A DNA stretch of 64,000 bases from a virus (lineage: Duplodnaviria; Caudoviricetes), in the IMG/VR virus record IMGVR_UViG_2597490325_000001, positions 1-64,000 of that record; one strand, written 5' to 3'. Shown one piece after another: positions 32,045 to 43,400 of the stretch. The notes beneath the pieces were generated by a model. It was not told the origin of the DNA. It saw only the letters and a program-made list of their open reading frames with translations, and ran no database searches. The position numbers were made by a program, and so were the translations under genes. Numbering within the stretch: position 1 is the first letter of the stretch; every line of letters begins with the position of its first letter.

Positions 32045-32409
32045 TGCGTCCTAAACTAACTACTGTAATTATAACGATTCTAGCAGTAGCGCTTTGCGTA
32101 GCTTTAGTCAATAAAATTGATTTTAGTAAGTATCGTCCTACCAAAGAAATTAAAGAAAACCATGAGTTTACTGTAATTGATGTGGATCCCCCTAAACGAT
32201 TCTATATTACCGTACAGGATAATGAAACGGGTGTGATTTACCGTCATATGTACGTATCAAAGCGTTGTGCATTTTATAGTACTAAGGTACCTATTGGTAG
32301 TGTATGGAAATTTGACTTAATTACCAAATACTACTATGATGGCAGAGTTGTAAAAGAAGTTGATGGATACTCAAATATCTGTCAAGATTCTTCTAAGCGA
32401 ATCAAATAA
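32044..32409 (+). CDS. Membrane-anchored hypothetical protein
   Basis: N-terminal TM helix; IDVDPPKRFY, VSKRC. Confidence 0.7.
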   Translation: MRPKLTTVIITILAVALCVALVNKIDFSKYRPTKEIKENHEFTVIDVDPPKRFYITVQDNETGVIYRHMYVSKRCAFYSTKVPIGSVWKFDLITKYYYDGRVVKEVDGYSNICQDSSKRIK

Positions 32410-32525
32410 AACTACCCTATACCTTCTTCGGAGGGTATAGGGTTCATTCTTTTTTTTTTGTAACTGTAGGCTTAATATACATATATAATTACGATGATCT
32501 CTGACTAAGTAAAGGATTTTTAATC

Positions 32526-32921
32526 ATGATCGACAAAAAAGAAATGGTTAAACTAGTAGTAGAGTTCAATTTAAGACATGGATATTTACTACATGGTGCC
32601 AGTATGGTTATGCATGGAGTAAAAGATCAAACTAATGACATTGATATACTTATTCATGCTAAATATATCGACCGTCTTGAATTTTCAAGTAAAAAAGCTC
32701 AGAAATTCGATTTTGGATTTGGTAGTGTAAGAAATACCATTGATTATGTGCTGATTGATGGTTTTCAGTGTCAAACTCTTGAAAGTATTATTAAAGAGAA
32801 AAGGCAACTTGGTAGACCTAAAGATCTAGAAGCTATCGAGTTAATCGAAGCTTTTATAGCTAAAGGTAATCTGCCAAAATCCTATCAATCTATATACCGT
32901 AAAGTCGTAATGGACTACTAA
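32526..32921 (+). CDS. Minimal nucleotidyltransferase (Pol-beta superfamily)
   Basis: LHGASMVMHGV...TNDIDI and GRPKD motifs. Confidence 0.7.
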   Translation: MIDKKEMVKLVVEFNLRHGYLLHGASMVMHGVKDQTNDIDILIHAKYIDRLEFSSKKAQKFDFGFGSVRNTIDYVLIDGFQCQTLESIIKEKRQLGRPKDLEAIELIEAFIAKGNLPKSYQSIYRKVVMDY

Positions 32922-32966
32922 TTAACCCTTATACCTTCTTTGGAGGGTATAAGGGAAGTTTTTTAG

Positions 32967-33077
32967 AAAAAAGTCCCCATAACTAGGGAAACAAAGCGGA
33001 GCAAAAACCTAGTTATGGGGTCAGAGGAGTAGTAATACACATGGAGAGTAAGCCGAGTGACTCGATCTTAATTTTCT
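32967..33077 (-). ncRNA. Candidate ~110-nt late small RNA
   Basis: Minus-strand AACAttaaaaTAG promoter (33088-33076); no substantial ORF on that strand; 13-bp stem (32975-33020) followed by U6. Confidence 0.55.
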
Positions 33078-33224
33078 ATTTTAATGTTAGTATGAAAAAA
33101 TTTTCTCTTTGTAGCAATAAAGTATATTAAAATATTTCTATGTTTTCGTAACTGTATATACATTATTGATATATTATTTTAGTGTTAGTAAATAAAAATA
33201 ATCATACAGACTAGGAGAATTACC

Positions 33225-33767
33225 ATGAATACATCTATTTCTACTGAAATCATGAATGCATTCAATACAAATGTACGTGTATATTGCCGTCGTTTAGAAA
33301 TTGCAGAATTGGCTCCATACTTCATTGAGAATGAAGAAGCTCGTTCATCCATTACACGTATTGCAAAGACCTTTGGCTATGATCTGAATAATAAAGATCA
33401 TCTTGGTCGAACTGCAGCTTTTACTGTTGCTACAATTATCAAACTCAAGGCTATGCAAGAAGATACGCCTGAAGGAATGGTAATGATTAGTAAGGAAAAC
33501 TGTATTAAAGTTGCTTCTGTAGCTATAAATATCTTTCATTCAATCAATAAAGATTTTAATGAAGATGGGAATGCAATTAATATCAAGAAAGCGAGACTAA
33601 ACTTTGTCGGAACATTGCTTACTAAAGGTATTAATTATTCCGATGAAAATCTTGATTTAGCTGAAGGGTTTGTAAGAACTTATTTTACTAACCGTAATCA
33701 AGATAAATCCAGTGTAACTGCTACAGTTCTCAATCAAGCTCGTAATGGGAATGATTGGGAGGCATAA
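33225..33767 (+). CDS. Hypothetical early protein
   Basis: Early box at 33169; AGGAG RBS; terminator aaaagacccgaaggtctttt. Confidence 0.8.
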   Translation: MNTSISTEIMNAFNTNVRVYCRRLEIAELAPYFIENEEARSSITRIAKTFGYDLNNKDHLGRTAAFTVATIIKLKAMQEDTPEGMVMISKENCIKVASVAINIFHSINKDFNEDGNAINIKKARLNFVGTLLTKGINYSDENLDLAEGFVRTYFTNRNQDKSSVTATVLNQARNGNDWEA

Positions 33768-33838
33768 AAAGACCCGAAGGTCTTTTTTTTTTTGATAAAA
33801 ACTCCCTAATCTAATTCATTTTAGATTAGGGAATAATT

Positions 33839-34639
33839 TTAACGCATAATTGACAGAATAGCATCTTGGTATTCTGCTTGAAGATTAGCTTCTACTAAAG
33901 CAAAACCAGCAAGTTTACCAGATTTCTTCTCAGTAATAAGAACTTTACCTTTGTCAACACTAAAGGACATAGCGCCGCCAGACAACTGCATGACATCTTC
34001 AAGCATCATCTGAGTGTTCTTACTATTAGAAGCTACGTACTCAGCCAACATTTTAGCCGTGATAGGTACTTCATTTACATCTTCATTCATAGCTCTAGCA
34101 TAAGCTACTTTGTGTGATGGATAATGAACGTTATCCCATGTAATCAGACGCATAGGGTCTTTTACATAAGCAAGGCCACGTTTATTAACCACATCACCAG
34201 CGCCACGCATAGAGAAGCTAGGAAGCATGTTATTACATACAATCAAACCAGCTAAGTCTTTACCTACTGCGTTACCAGTAGTTTCTACATCACCGATTAA
34301 CAAGTTAGGATTTTCATCATCCCAACGAGGGTTCTTAATTAAATGACATACATTGTGCATATCAATTTTAAGCTGACGTTCCAGACCTAATTTAGCATCA
34401 GGGTGGTTCATCTCACCAAATAATGAGTTAGTAGCAAGCTTTTCTTGAACGAAAGGATGTTGAAGAGAATTATTGATTACACTCTTAGGGTATACACGTT
34501 TATTGCGGTTTTCTGCATCAGCATCCTGAAGAATAGCTTCCATCTTAACTACTCCGTTAGGGAGTACTTTGAATGATCTAATTGCATCTTCTACTGGAGC
34601 CGATTCATAGAAAATCCGTCCTACTACTTGTTCAGACAT
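33839..34639 (-). CDS. Prohead core protease (T4 gp21-like)
   Basis: NRNKRVYP, GEMNHP, FSMRGAG, WDNVHYPSH; minus-strand late promoter at 34683-34671. Confidence 0.88.
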   Translation of the reverse strand: MSEQVVGRIFYESAPVEDAIRSFKVLPNGVVKMEAILQDADAENRNKRVYPKSVINNSLQHPFVQEKLATNSLFGEMNHPDAKLGLERQLKIDMHNVCHLIKNPRWDDENPNLLIGDVETTGNAVGKDLAGLIVCNNMLPSFSMRGAGDVVNKRGLAYVKDPMRLITWDNVHYPSHKVAYARAMNEDVNEVPITAKMLAEYVASNSKNTQMMLEDVMQLSGGAMSFSVDKGKVLITEKKSGKLAGFALVEANLQAEYQDAILSIMR

Positions 34640-34673
34640 TTCCAGGAATCCTTTGCTAACTATATAGTTTCTA

Positions 34674-35441
34674 TTAGTTTGTTATGTCGAAACACAACAT
34701 ATCTTCTAAAACTTGATTTTTGCCGATGAAGGAAGAAAATACATACTCCCAATCACCCTCATTATGGATACCAAATATACTTATATGGCTAAGATAAAAC
34801 GTTTTCTCTACATTGATTAGAGATTTAGTAATAAAGTCATTAAATGCCATATAAAGAGTAAATTCGTTACTACTTTTTATATTAACTATATGAGTTTTCA
34901 ACTTTCTAGTTGAGTTAGGGAATATAGCTTCTAAATCGGTTGTAGAAGGTAAGAAATTAAGCATTTTATCCACAATAATAGTCTTAGTTATTCCTGCAAA
35001 AGAAGTATCGAGTTCTTTGACAACTCCTTTAATGAACTTTTCAGGATCAGACATCATTGTGCGACTATATTTCAGACCAAACTTAGTTTTGACAGCTTCA
35101 TCATTATTGATTACGTCAGGGATGAAATAATTTCCAGTTAATGGACTATTACCGAAATCTAAGGCTACTATAGAATCAGCTAAAAAGTTAAGATTTAACA
35201 ATTTCTCTTGATTTTCTAAAGTAAGATATCCAAAATCCTCTTTAAATTTAGTATTCATTAAGGAATTTAGATTAACTAAGCCATACTTCTTTCTAAGTAC
35301 ATCATATGCTAAAGCTGCACAAATTTGATAATTACCTGACATTAAAGAAGTGTAGAAATCTTTGGCATCAACTTCAGAATAGAAGAAATCATATTCTTTA
35401 TTTTTTTCTAAATACTCTCCTAGAGTCATATCAAACTCCAA
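34674..35441 (-). CDS. Hypothetical late/structural protein
   Basis: 255-aa ORF in late operon. Confidence 0.7.
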   Translation of the reverse strand: MEFDMTLGEYLEKNKEYDFFYSEVDAKDFYTSLMSGNYQICAALAYDVLRKKYGLVNLNSLMNTKFKEDFGYLTLENQEKLLNLNFLADSIVALDFGNSPLTGNYFIPDVINNDEAVKTKFGLKYSRTMMSDPEKFIKGVVKELDTSFAGITKTIIVDKMLNFLPSTTDLEAIFPNSTRKLKTHIVNIKSSNEFTLYMAFNDFITKSLINVEKTFYLSHISIFGIHNEGDWEYVFSSFIGKNQVLEDMLCFDITN

Positions 35442-36822
35442 ACTTGGTAGAAGGAATATTATAGTAATTAGATTCAGTCATAATATTCTTAAGACCTTCT
35501 CTCATAGTAGTTTGCTTCTGCATTTCTACATTATTTACGGTAATCAAGTTATTAGCGATGTTACCAATAGATGATTTAGCCGCGCTATAATCGGCATCCG
35601 TATTAACTCCATTTAAAAGAGAATTAATAGTTCTTGTAGAAGAAGCATTTCTAACCATAGCAGCCATAGATGAGTTTAATGCAGTCTTACCTAAGTATCC
35701 CATTGAAGTATATACTTTAGTAGATTGATTTGCATTAGAAGCATTAGTTTGATAATTAGAATAATTTGAGAAAAGACTCTTAATAGAACTATCAGTAATG
35801 CCGGACACGATACTTGAATTATTATTCAGATAATCATATCGATTATTAGCTCTATATGAATTAGTCTGCTGTTGCATGATTTTAGCTAACTGACTACATC
35901 TTATAGTATCTACGGGGCTAGGAACTTTTATTCCAGGAACTATCTGGATGCCACTATTATTACTGCTATTGTTATTATTAATAGCATTCTTAATAGAAGT
36001 ACCTAAATCTGATAGAATTCCAATTCCAAATAGATCATCAGCAGTTAAGCCAAACATTCTCATTATACTTTCAATAGCATCCCATAGCTCTTGAGCTAAA
36101 TCAATGAATGCTGAAGCATATAATTGAACTTTTTCTATGAATCCTAGTAATGAGTTAGCCGAAGGGGGTAAGTTACTCATTATAGTATTTAAAACACTAC
36201 CTAAAGCTGATGTAGCATAGGATTTAGCCGCTGATACAACATCCCTCATAAGAGAGGCTAGGTCTGATTTAATAGCATTTAGTAATTCTGCAGGACGTAG
36301 ATTAGTTACCGCATTAAGTATAGATTTAGCAGCTCCTAATAAATCTCCTAATAAAGAAGCTTCTGGACATAGTAAAAATTGAGCTATGGATTTAATATAA
36401 GAAGAAATATCACTATAATTTGCAGGATTTATACTATTAGCAAATGAAGTACATGAACCTAAAGCCTTATTACAGCTGGAAGAGATTGAACTCATACTTG
36501 AAGAAATTGAATTCGATACAGCAAATGCAGATAGTGATCTTGAATCAGAATATAATACATTAAGAATATCATTCATATCTTGATTTATACTGTAAAACGT
36601 ATCACTATACAAATTAGAGAGAACTAAAATTCCCTCCATTGCAAAATTATAATCTGCTTTGCTTCCAGCACTAATATAATTAAGGCTTGCCTTAACAATG
36701 TCAATGTTAATGGCCTTTAAGTCATTATTTTCACCAGCCAATAGCTTAGATGAAGTATCTATGGTAGATAACTCCGTTATGATCTTATCATTAAGATCAT
36801 ATACTTTAGCTTTTGCAGTCAT
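35431..36822 (-). CDS. Hypothetical late/structural protein (S/N/A-rich)
   Basis: 463-aa ORF behind late promoter 36863-36851. Confidence 0.75.
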   Translation of the reverse strand: MTAKAKVYDLNDKIITELSTIDTSSKLLAGENNDLKAINIDIVKASLNYISAGSKADYNFAMEGILVLSNLYSDTFYSINQDMNDILNVLYSDSRSLSAFAVSNSISSSMSSISSSCNKALGSCTSFANSINPANYSDISSYIKSIAQFLLCPEASLLGDLLGAAKSILNAVTNLRPAELLNAIKSDLASLMRDVVSAAKSYATSALGSVLNTIMSNLPPSANSLLGFIEKVQLYASAFIDLAQELWDAIESIMRMFGLTADDLFGIGILSDLGTSIKNAINNNNSSNNSGIQIVPGIKVPSPVDTIRCSQLAKIMQQQTNSYRANNRYDYLNNNSSIVSGITDSSIKSLFSNYSNYQTNASNANQSTKVYTSMGYLGKTALNSSMAAMVRNASSTRTINSLLNGVNTDADYSAAKSSIGNIANNLITVNNVEMQKQTTMREGLKNIMTESNYYNIPSTKFGV

Positions 36823-36850
36823 GGTATGACTTTCCTATTCGATTAGTATA

Positions 36851-36881
36851 CTAATTTGATGTTCCATCAACATTCATTTAG
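36851..36881. promoter_or_regulatory. Back-to-back divergent late promoters
   Basis: Minus AACAtcaaatTAG (36863-36851) and plus AACAttcattTAG (36869-36881). Confidence 0.8.
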
Positions 36882-36916
36882 TAACGTTTATATTAAATTA
36901 AAAAACGGATCAAATT

Positions 36917-37495
36917 ATGGGATTTAACCATTCAGACAATATAGTAAATTTTTTACTAAATGAAGAATCTAGTAAAAGGATTCCCGCATTGTATCATATT
37001 AGTTTCAAAGATAATTTAGAGGGTGAATGGAAGCCCCGCCCACCAGATGGATTTCAAATTAAAGCTAAAGAAAAAAATAAAGAAAAAGAAGTCAATATAA
37101 CTGAACCCAAAACTCCTAGAATATCTTGTTCAACTGACCTTAAGAAATGTTTTTATGCTATTTATCCTAATATTTCTTTCTTTTTTGAAACAAAGAAATT
37201 TCCGTATATGGATTTTACAGTCTATTCACCTAGATTGAATGGTGAAGAAAAGATTTGGACTCCAGAATATTTAACTGATAAGAAATTAGTACATGATGCA
37301 CATGTAACTAACGAATATTGTATTCTAGAGAAAGCCTTTATGCAAAAAGTAGGGCACTTAAGAGTATTTAATCCTCTTAAAAAATCAAATAACCCTCCTG
37401 AGATTTATTATCATCCATTTAATAATGAATCTTATGAAAGAAAATTTCTTGCATATAAGGTAGAAATAAAATACGATTCTATCAAGGAAAAATAA
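36917..37495 (+). CDS. Putative ART-like fold virion protein
   Basis: LYHISF..WKPRPP..EPKTPRISCS..DAHVTNEY; N-terminal LLNE. Confidence 0.45.
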   Translation: MGFNHSDNIVNFLLNEESSKRIPALYHISFKDNLEGEWKPRPPDGFQIKAKEKNKEKEVNITEPKTPRISCSTDLKKCFYAIYPNISFFFETKKFPYMDFTVYSPRLNGEEKIWTPEYLTDKKLVHDAHVTNEYCILEKAFMQKVGHLRVFNPLKKSNNPPEIYYHPFNNESYERKFLAYKVEIKYDSIKEK

Positions 37496-37497
37496 TT

Positions 37498-40400
37498 ATG
37501 GCTTATTTAAAAGGTTTAGCTACCTCTCTTGCAAAGAGGGTTATTCCTGATGTTGGGAATAAGATATTTGGTGATGAACTTAATACATATAAAGAAATTA
37601 AAGATAAAGTTTTCACCAGTAGAGAGATTTTAAGAGAGACCCAAAGTAATATCAAAACTACTATACAAAGTTTTGAAGGGTTCTCTAAAGTCGGTAGAAA
37701 TCTAGGTCGTCAAGTAAGATCAGGTAAATTTGGCCTGACTCAAGATGAACGTGATGATATCGACATGAAGGCTATGGGCTTTGATTTCGATATGGATTCT
37801 TTAGGGGATTCATTAGACAATGCTCTAGAACAGGATGGTAATGAAAATAGTTCAGGTTCATCCAAAGCTTCCAAAAATATTATTATTCCTATGATGGGTA
37901 AATCTTCTCGTGGTAGGAACGGTGGTTTAGATGCAGGTTCAGCTTTAATTAGCGAAAGACTTGCTTATATTACAGGTATTCAGGCTCAGATTGGCCAAAC
38001 TCAAATTACTCTTTTACAGGGTTTAGGTTCTCAATTAGCTGGTATAGGTAACTTCTTAAGTGAGCAAACGGTTTCTCACTATCAAGGTACTTTAGAATAC
38101 CAGAAATTAATGTCAGATAATCTTTCATTAAGTCGTGAAGTAAATGATTTAATGAAAGAAAAATTAATGGCAGAAAAGAAAGCTGCCGAGAAGAAAATGG
38201 CAACTGGTTCTGGAATAGGTTGGGAAGGTTTTGACCCTACCAGAATAGCTAAAGATATTAATGAAGGCCCACTAGGAATGCTATTTGGTGAGATGTCTCC
38301 ATTGAGAGGTTTCTTCCAACAAGTATCAGTAGATCCATTAGGTACTATTATGGCTTTGGGGTTAGCCCACGGCGCAGGTAGTCTATTTGGCGGCGCTATT
38401 GATAAAGCTAAAGGTGCTTTCAAAACTGCAGGAGTAAGATTACAATCTACTCTTGAAAAATGGTCAGCTACTTATGATGATTCTTTTACAGGAATGTTTA
38501 AATCATGGATAGGTGACACTTTACGAGCTAAACGTGAATCAGCAACTGTTGCGAAATTAGGTGCGTATGATAAAGGTGCCGCTCAATTTGACGGTACCAC
38601 TAGAAAAGCCATTGTAGATGTTATCCCTATGTATTTAGCTAAGATTCTTAAAGCTATTTCAGGTAACTCTACTCATGAAGTATATGATTATAATAAAGGC
38701 GCATTCATTACTTCTAAAGCTGGTGCAGCTGAACACGTTAAAAATGTAAAAGAATTACGTAGGGGTGAATTCTTAGGCGGTATAAGTAATGAGCTTACTG
38801 GTCTAAGGGGAGATCCTTCAGTTTCTAAATCTGATTTCGGTAAAATTAGGGCTTCAATGATTCGTTCAGCGTCTTCATTGAATTCTCATGAAATTAAACT
38901 AGATCAGGTTAAAATGCGTGATGCTAGACTTCAAGAAACTTATGATAAATACATCAAAAGTTTAGACGAGAAATCTAAAGCTAGTCTTTATCACTCCTTC
39001 CAATCTCATAAATATGATGTAGCTGCTAAGTTGAAAGACTATCAGAATTCTATGTATGATGAAAATAAGGGTGTTGAAACTTCAGCCATTCTTGAAGGTG
39101 TTAATCCAAGAATTCTTGGTTATGATGCAGTAGAAAAAGCTAATAAGCGTACTAAACTTGATGAAAATGAGCGTAAAAAACTGAAAGACCGTATCAAAGA
39201 TTCCGTTAAGAAAAAACTTAATGGTATTAAAGATAGACGCCGTGGCGGTGGTAATCCCCCTCCAAGTGGCGGTGCAGGTGATTCAGGTAATAGCGGTGGT
39301 TCTGATGGCGACGATGACGCTGCCGGAGATAGCTGGTTCAAGCGTTGGTTGGGAAAATTCTCTGGTGGAAAAGGTTTCTCATTAACTTCTTTCACTGAAG
39401 GTTTAGTAGGTACTTTAACCATAGGTATGAATAAGCTTTCCAGAGGATTTAACCGCCATATCTTATTCCCAATGAAGAAAGCTTTATTAGGAAAAGATGC
39501 TGATACTAGAACTATTGCTAGAACTCCGTTTATTGCAGCAGTAGGTACTAAATTTGATAAAACTGTTCTGTTCCCATTGAAAAAAGTCTTATTAGGTGGA
39601 AATGAGAAACAGGCCGAGAGTATGAATATTTTTGGCGCTATCCAAAAATCATTCGATAGAAATATTGTATTTCCTTTCAAGAGAACTCTTTTAGGTAAAG
39701 ATACCGATGTAAGAACCATTCTAAAAACTTCATTCATTAAGTCTTTAGGAATTCGTATTGATAAATCTGTATTAACTCCATTTAAGACAATGCTCTTAGG
39801 CGGTAATAAAGTTAAAGCTGAAAAAGTTACTTTCGTTACTGCATTAAAAGATACTTTCAAGAAAAATGTAGTTTTACCTATGAAGTTAGCTTTACTAGGT
39901 AAGGATACCGATCTTAAAACTCTCTTGAAAACACCTTTTACCAAAGCAATAGGGCAGAGATTTGAGCAATCTATCCTGAATCCCCTTAAAGGTCTATTAT
40001 TAGGTAAGCACTCTACTACCAATGGCGGTTCAGTCGATCCTACTAAAACTGGATTCTTTAAAGCATTAGGTTTATCTTTTGATAGAAATATCGGTAGACC
40101 TATCAAGACTATGCTTTTTGGTCAAGGTAACAGAAATAAATCATTCTTTAAAAATATTGGTGAGACCTTATCTCCTTTCTTTAATAAACTACTCTTTGGT
40201 AGCGAGAAGGCTGAGAAAGCTGGCTTTATGGCCAACCTGAAAGATTTTGGTAGCAACGTATTTAAAGGGTTCTCTGATAAATTCATTAAACCTATTAAAG
40301 ATGCTTTCAGTGATTTCTTTGGTAAAACTATGCAGGATTTCATCGGAACTCTGCGTGATTCTGCTAAAGATTTCCTAGGTTCACTCAATATTAATATCGG

Positions 40401-43400
40401 AAAAGGATTTAAAGAAGGTGCTAAAGGTTTCTTTAAAACTGTATTTGGTGACGAAACAGTTAAAATCCTTAGAGATAATATTGTAACTCCTTTAAACGAT
40501 GTCACTAAGAAACTTACTAGTTCTATAGGTATGATTGCTAAACTCTTACTGAGAGTGCCAGCTAACTTTATTAAGGGCATTACTAATACTCTTAAATTAA
40601 ATAGAGTTAAGTCAGGTAAAGGTAATTATTCAGATGAAGAAAAAGCTAGACTTCTTGATATGGAGAAGAAAGGTTCTCTGTTTAATTTCCTAGATGTAGG
40701 TAATGAGGAAAGCAATAAAAAGATATCTTCTCTTAAGAATAAAGTAACAGGCTTCCTTAACAGAGGTAAAAAAGCTACTGATGGTTCGTCATCTGCTAAT
40801 GCCAATGTAGAAACTCTTGATACCAATTCTGCTAATGCTAAAGGTAAAACTGAAAGTATTAGCGATAGAGCTAGAAATCTATTTAATAGAAAAGGTAAAG
40901 CCAGTAGCGTTGATGGTTCCAATAACCCTAATACAGATGCAGATGGAAATATTATTTCAGCATCAAGTACTAATGGTAAAAAAGGAACTAAAACTGGATT
41001 TATCGATGGTTTAAGAAATAGAGTCTCTGGTAAGAATTCTAATAGCGTTGATGAGAATGGTAATCCGGTTGAAGGTGGTAAATCACGCTTCGGTATTATC
41101 GAAAGACTTCCTAGCCGAGACAAAGTTGGTTCTCTGTTCGGTAGAGGGAAAGGTCAAAACTCAGAAGATTCTGTACAGGGTTCGACTAAAACTAAAGCAG
41201 GTACACTCACGGGTATACCTGTTGGAAGTGGTGCAAAACTAGGTGGAATTGTAGGTCATTTGAATGCTCCTAAACTAGCATCCAGAGTAGATACAATCTC
41301 TAAAATGTCTGAATTAACTTCAGCATCTAGTGCAGCTACCGCTAAATCCAATATGGATATCCTTAATTTCTTGAAACACCACTTAAGTAATACTACTCAG
41401 AAATTAACCAAAATAGTTAATGCTGTAGCTAAAGGTAAAACTGTAAGTAAAATTTCAGGAGAAGATAAAGAATCTGTTTCCTTCTTTAGAAACCCATTAA
41501 AATGGGCTATGAGAACTTCCATGAAAGTCCTTGGATTCCCACTATCCATGATGAAAGGAATGTTTTCAGTAGGCTCTAAAATGGTCAAAGGCTTAATGGA
41601 AGTACCTAAGAAAATCATCGGTATCACTGTTGATTTAGGTACTAAATTAGCTAGTATGACATTAAATGTTGCAGCTTCCTTGACCAAAGGAATCTTTAAA
41701 GCTGTAGACTTTGTTGCACAAGGTATTGGTAAAACAATAGAAACTATAGGTAAAGCCGTTAATAGTATTGTAAGAAGTATTACAAGCTTGATTGCTACCT
41801 CTATTGATATTGCTGCCAAAGCCGCCGCAAGCTTAGCTAGAGGCGTTTTAAATGCCACTAAAGCTATAGGTAGAGGTCTATTACCTGCTTTCGAAGGTCT
41901 AACTGCTATGGTCGGAAGACTTGGTAAAGGACTATTCGAATTAGGTACTCTTGTAATAGATGGGTTCGTTAAGTCTATTAAAGGTACTATGAAACTTGCT
42001 GGTCGTATGGCTAGTGGTTTAATGGGTAAAGTGTTTGGTAGAGATAGAAAGTTAAGTGCTAGCTTCTCTTCAATTACTAACTTTAAAGATTTGATCTTAG
42101 CTACTAAAAAACGTCCTATGCATGTTTACATCGAGGATGGTAAAGTAGCTACATATGAATATAAACCACCAACATCTACATTCTTCAAGGATAAGGTAGA
42201 AGATCGTTCTTTACTTAACTCTAAACGGGACAAAGCTAAAGAAAAAGATAATACTAGTATCTTTGGTAAGATTGCTAATGCTCTTGGTTCTCTATTCAGT
42301 GGTGGATTATTAGCTAAAGGCTTAGGTGCTTTAACAGGTATACTCAAAGGTGGTGGCATCTTCGGTAAAATTCTATTAGCCATTACTGTAATGAGTAAAG
42401 GCTTAATGAGTCTTATAGGTACCATAGCTAAAAATGTGGCAACTCTTGTCTTTGGTAGAAAAGCTGGAGACTTGATTGATAATCTTCCAGGAAGGCGTGG
42501 AAGAGGTAAATTAGGTAGAGCTGGTAAAGCTGGAAATATTGCTGACAGATATACTGCAGCTAAAGCTGAAAAACAAGCAATCAAAGATAGAGCCTCTAAA
42601 GCTGCTGATAAGTTAGCTAATGCAAGAAATGCTGTAGCTGAAAAACAAGCATCTGCTAAAACCAGTGGTAATAAAATTGCTGAAAAATTAGCTAATGCCC
42701 GTAAAACTGTTGCTGAAGGTGGTAGTCTCTCAAGAAGTGGTGCAGGAGCCGCAGAAGGTGCTGCAAATGCAGCTAAATCTGGTGGCGGTATGTTCTCTAG
42801 AGCCATTAATGGTGCTAAAGGATTCTTTACTAAAGCTGGTGAAAGACTTGCTACAGGTGGTGGTATCGGTGGAGCTGTTAAAGGCTTTGGCGGTAGACTA
42901 CTTAAAGGTGGCTGGAAAGGTTTTGGTATAAGTGCCATTGGTGGTGGTCTTGCAGATACTTTCTTTGATAAAGGTACTGCTGGTAATGATGTAATGGGTA
43001 CAGGTGCATCATATGCTGGTTGGGGCGCTACAATTGGTTCTGTAATTCCTGGAGTTGGTACTGCGGTAGGTGCAATTATTGGTGGTTTAGTAGGTGCAGT
43101 TAAAGGAGCAATCCCTCACCTGATAGAAACCTTTAAGAAACCTATTATTGGTATGACGGATTACTTTGCTGAAATTCCTGACAGAATTTCTCAGTATGCT
43201 CAAGAACTTCCAAATAAAATATCTGGCTTAGTAGGTAAAATTCCAGAAATGATTAATGGGTGGTTCTTAGGTGATGCCGAAGAAACTCCTAAAATTGATG
43301 AAAAAACTGGTCAGGTAATTCAGAAAAAACCTGGCATCATGGGAAGTCTGTTTAGTTCTATTGGTAGTGCCGTAATGTCTGTAGCTAAAGCATTACCTCG

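Noticed and set aside
30032-32955. Repeated hairpins as a CRISPR array or integron attC sites
   Set aside because: Spacing is gene-sized and irregular, no cas or integrase in the window, and no attC core consensus
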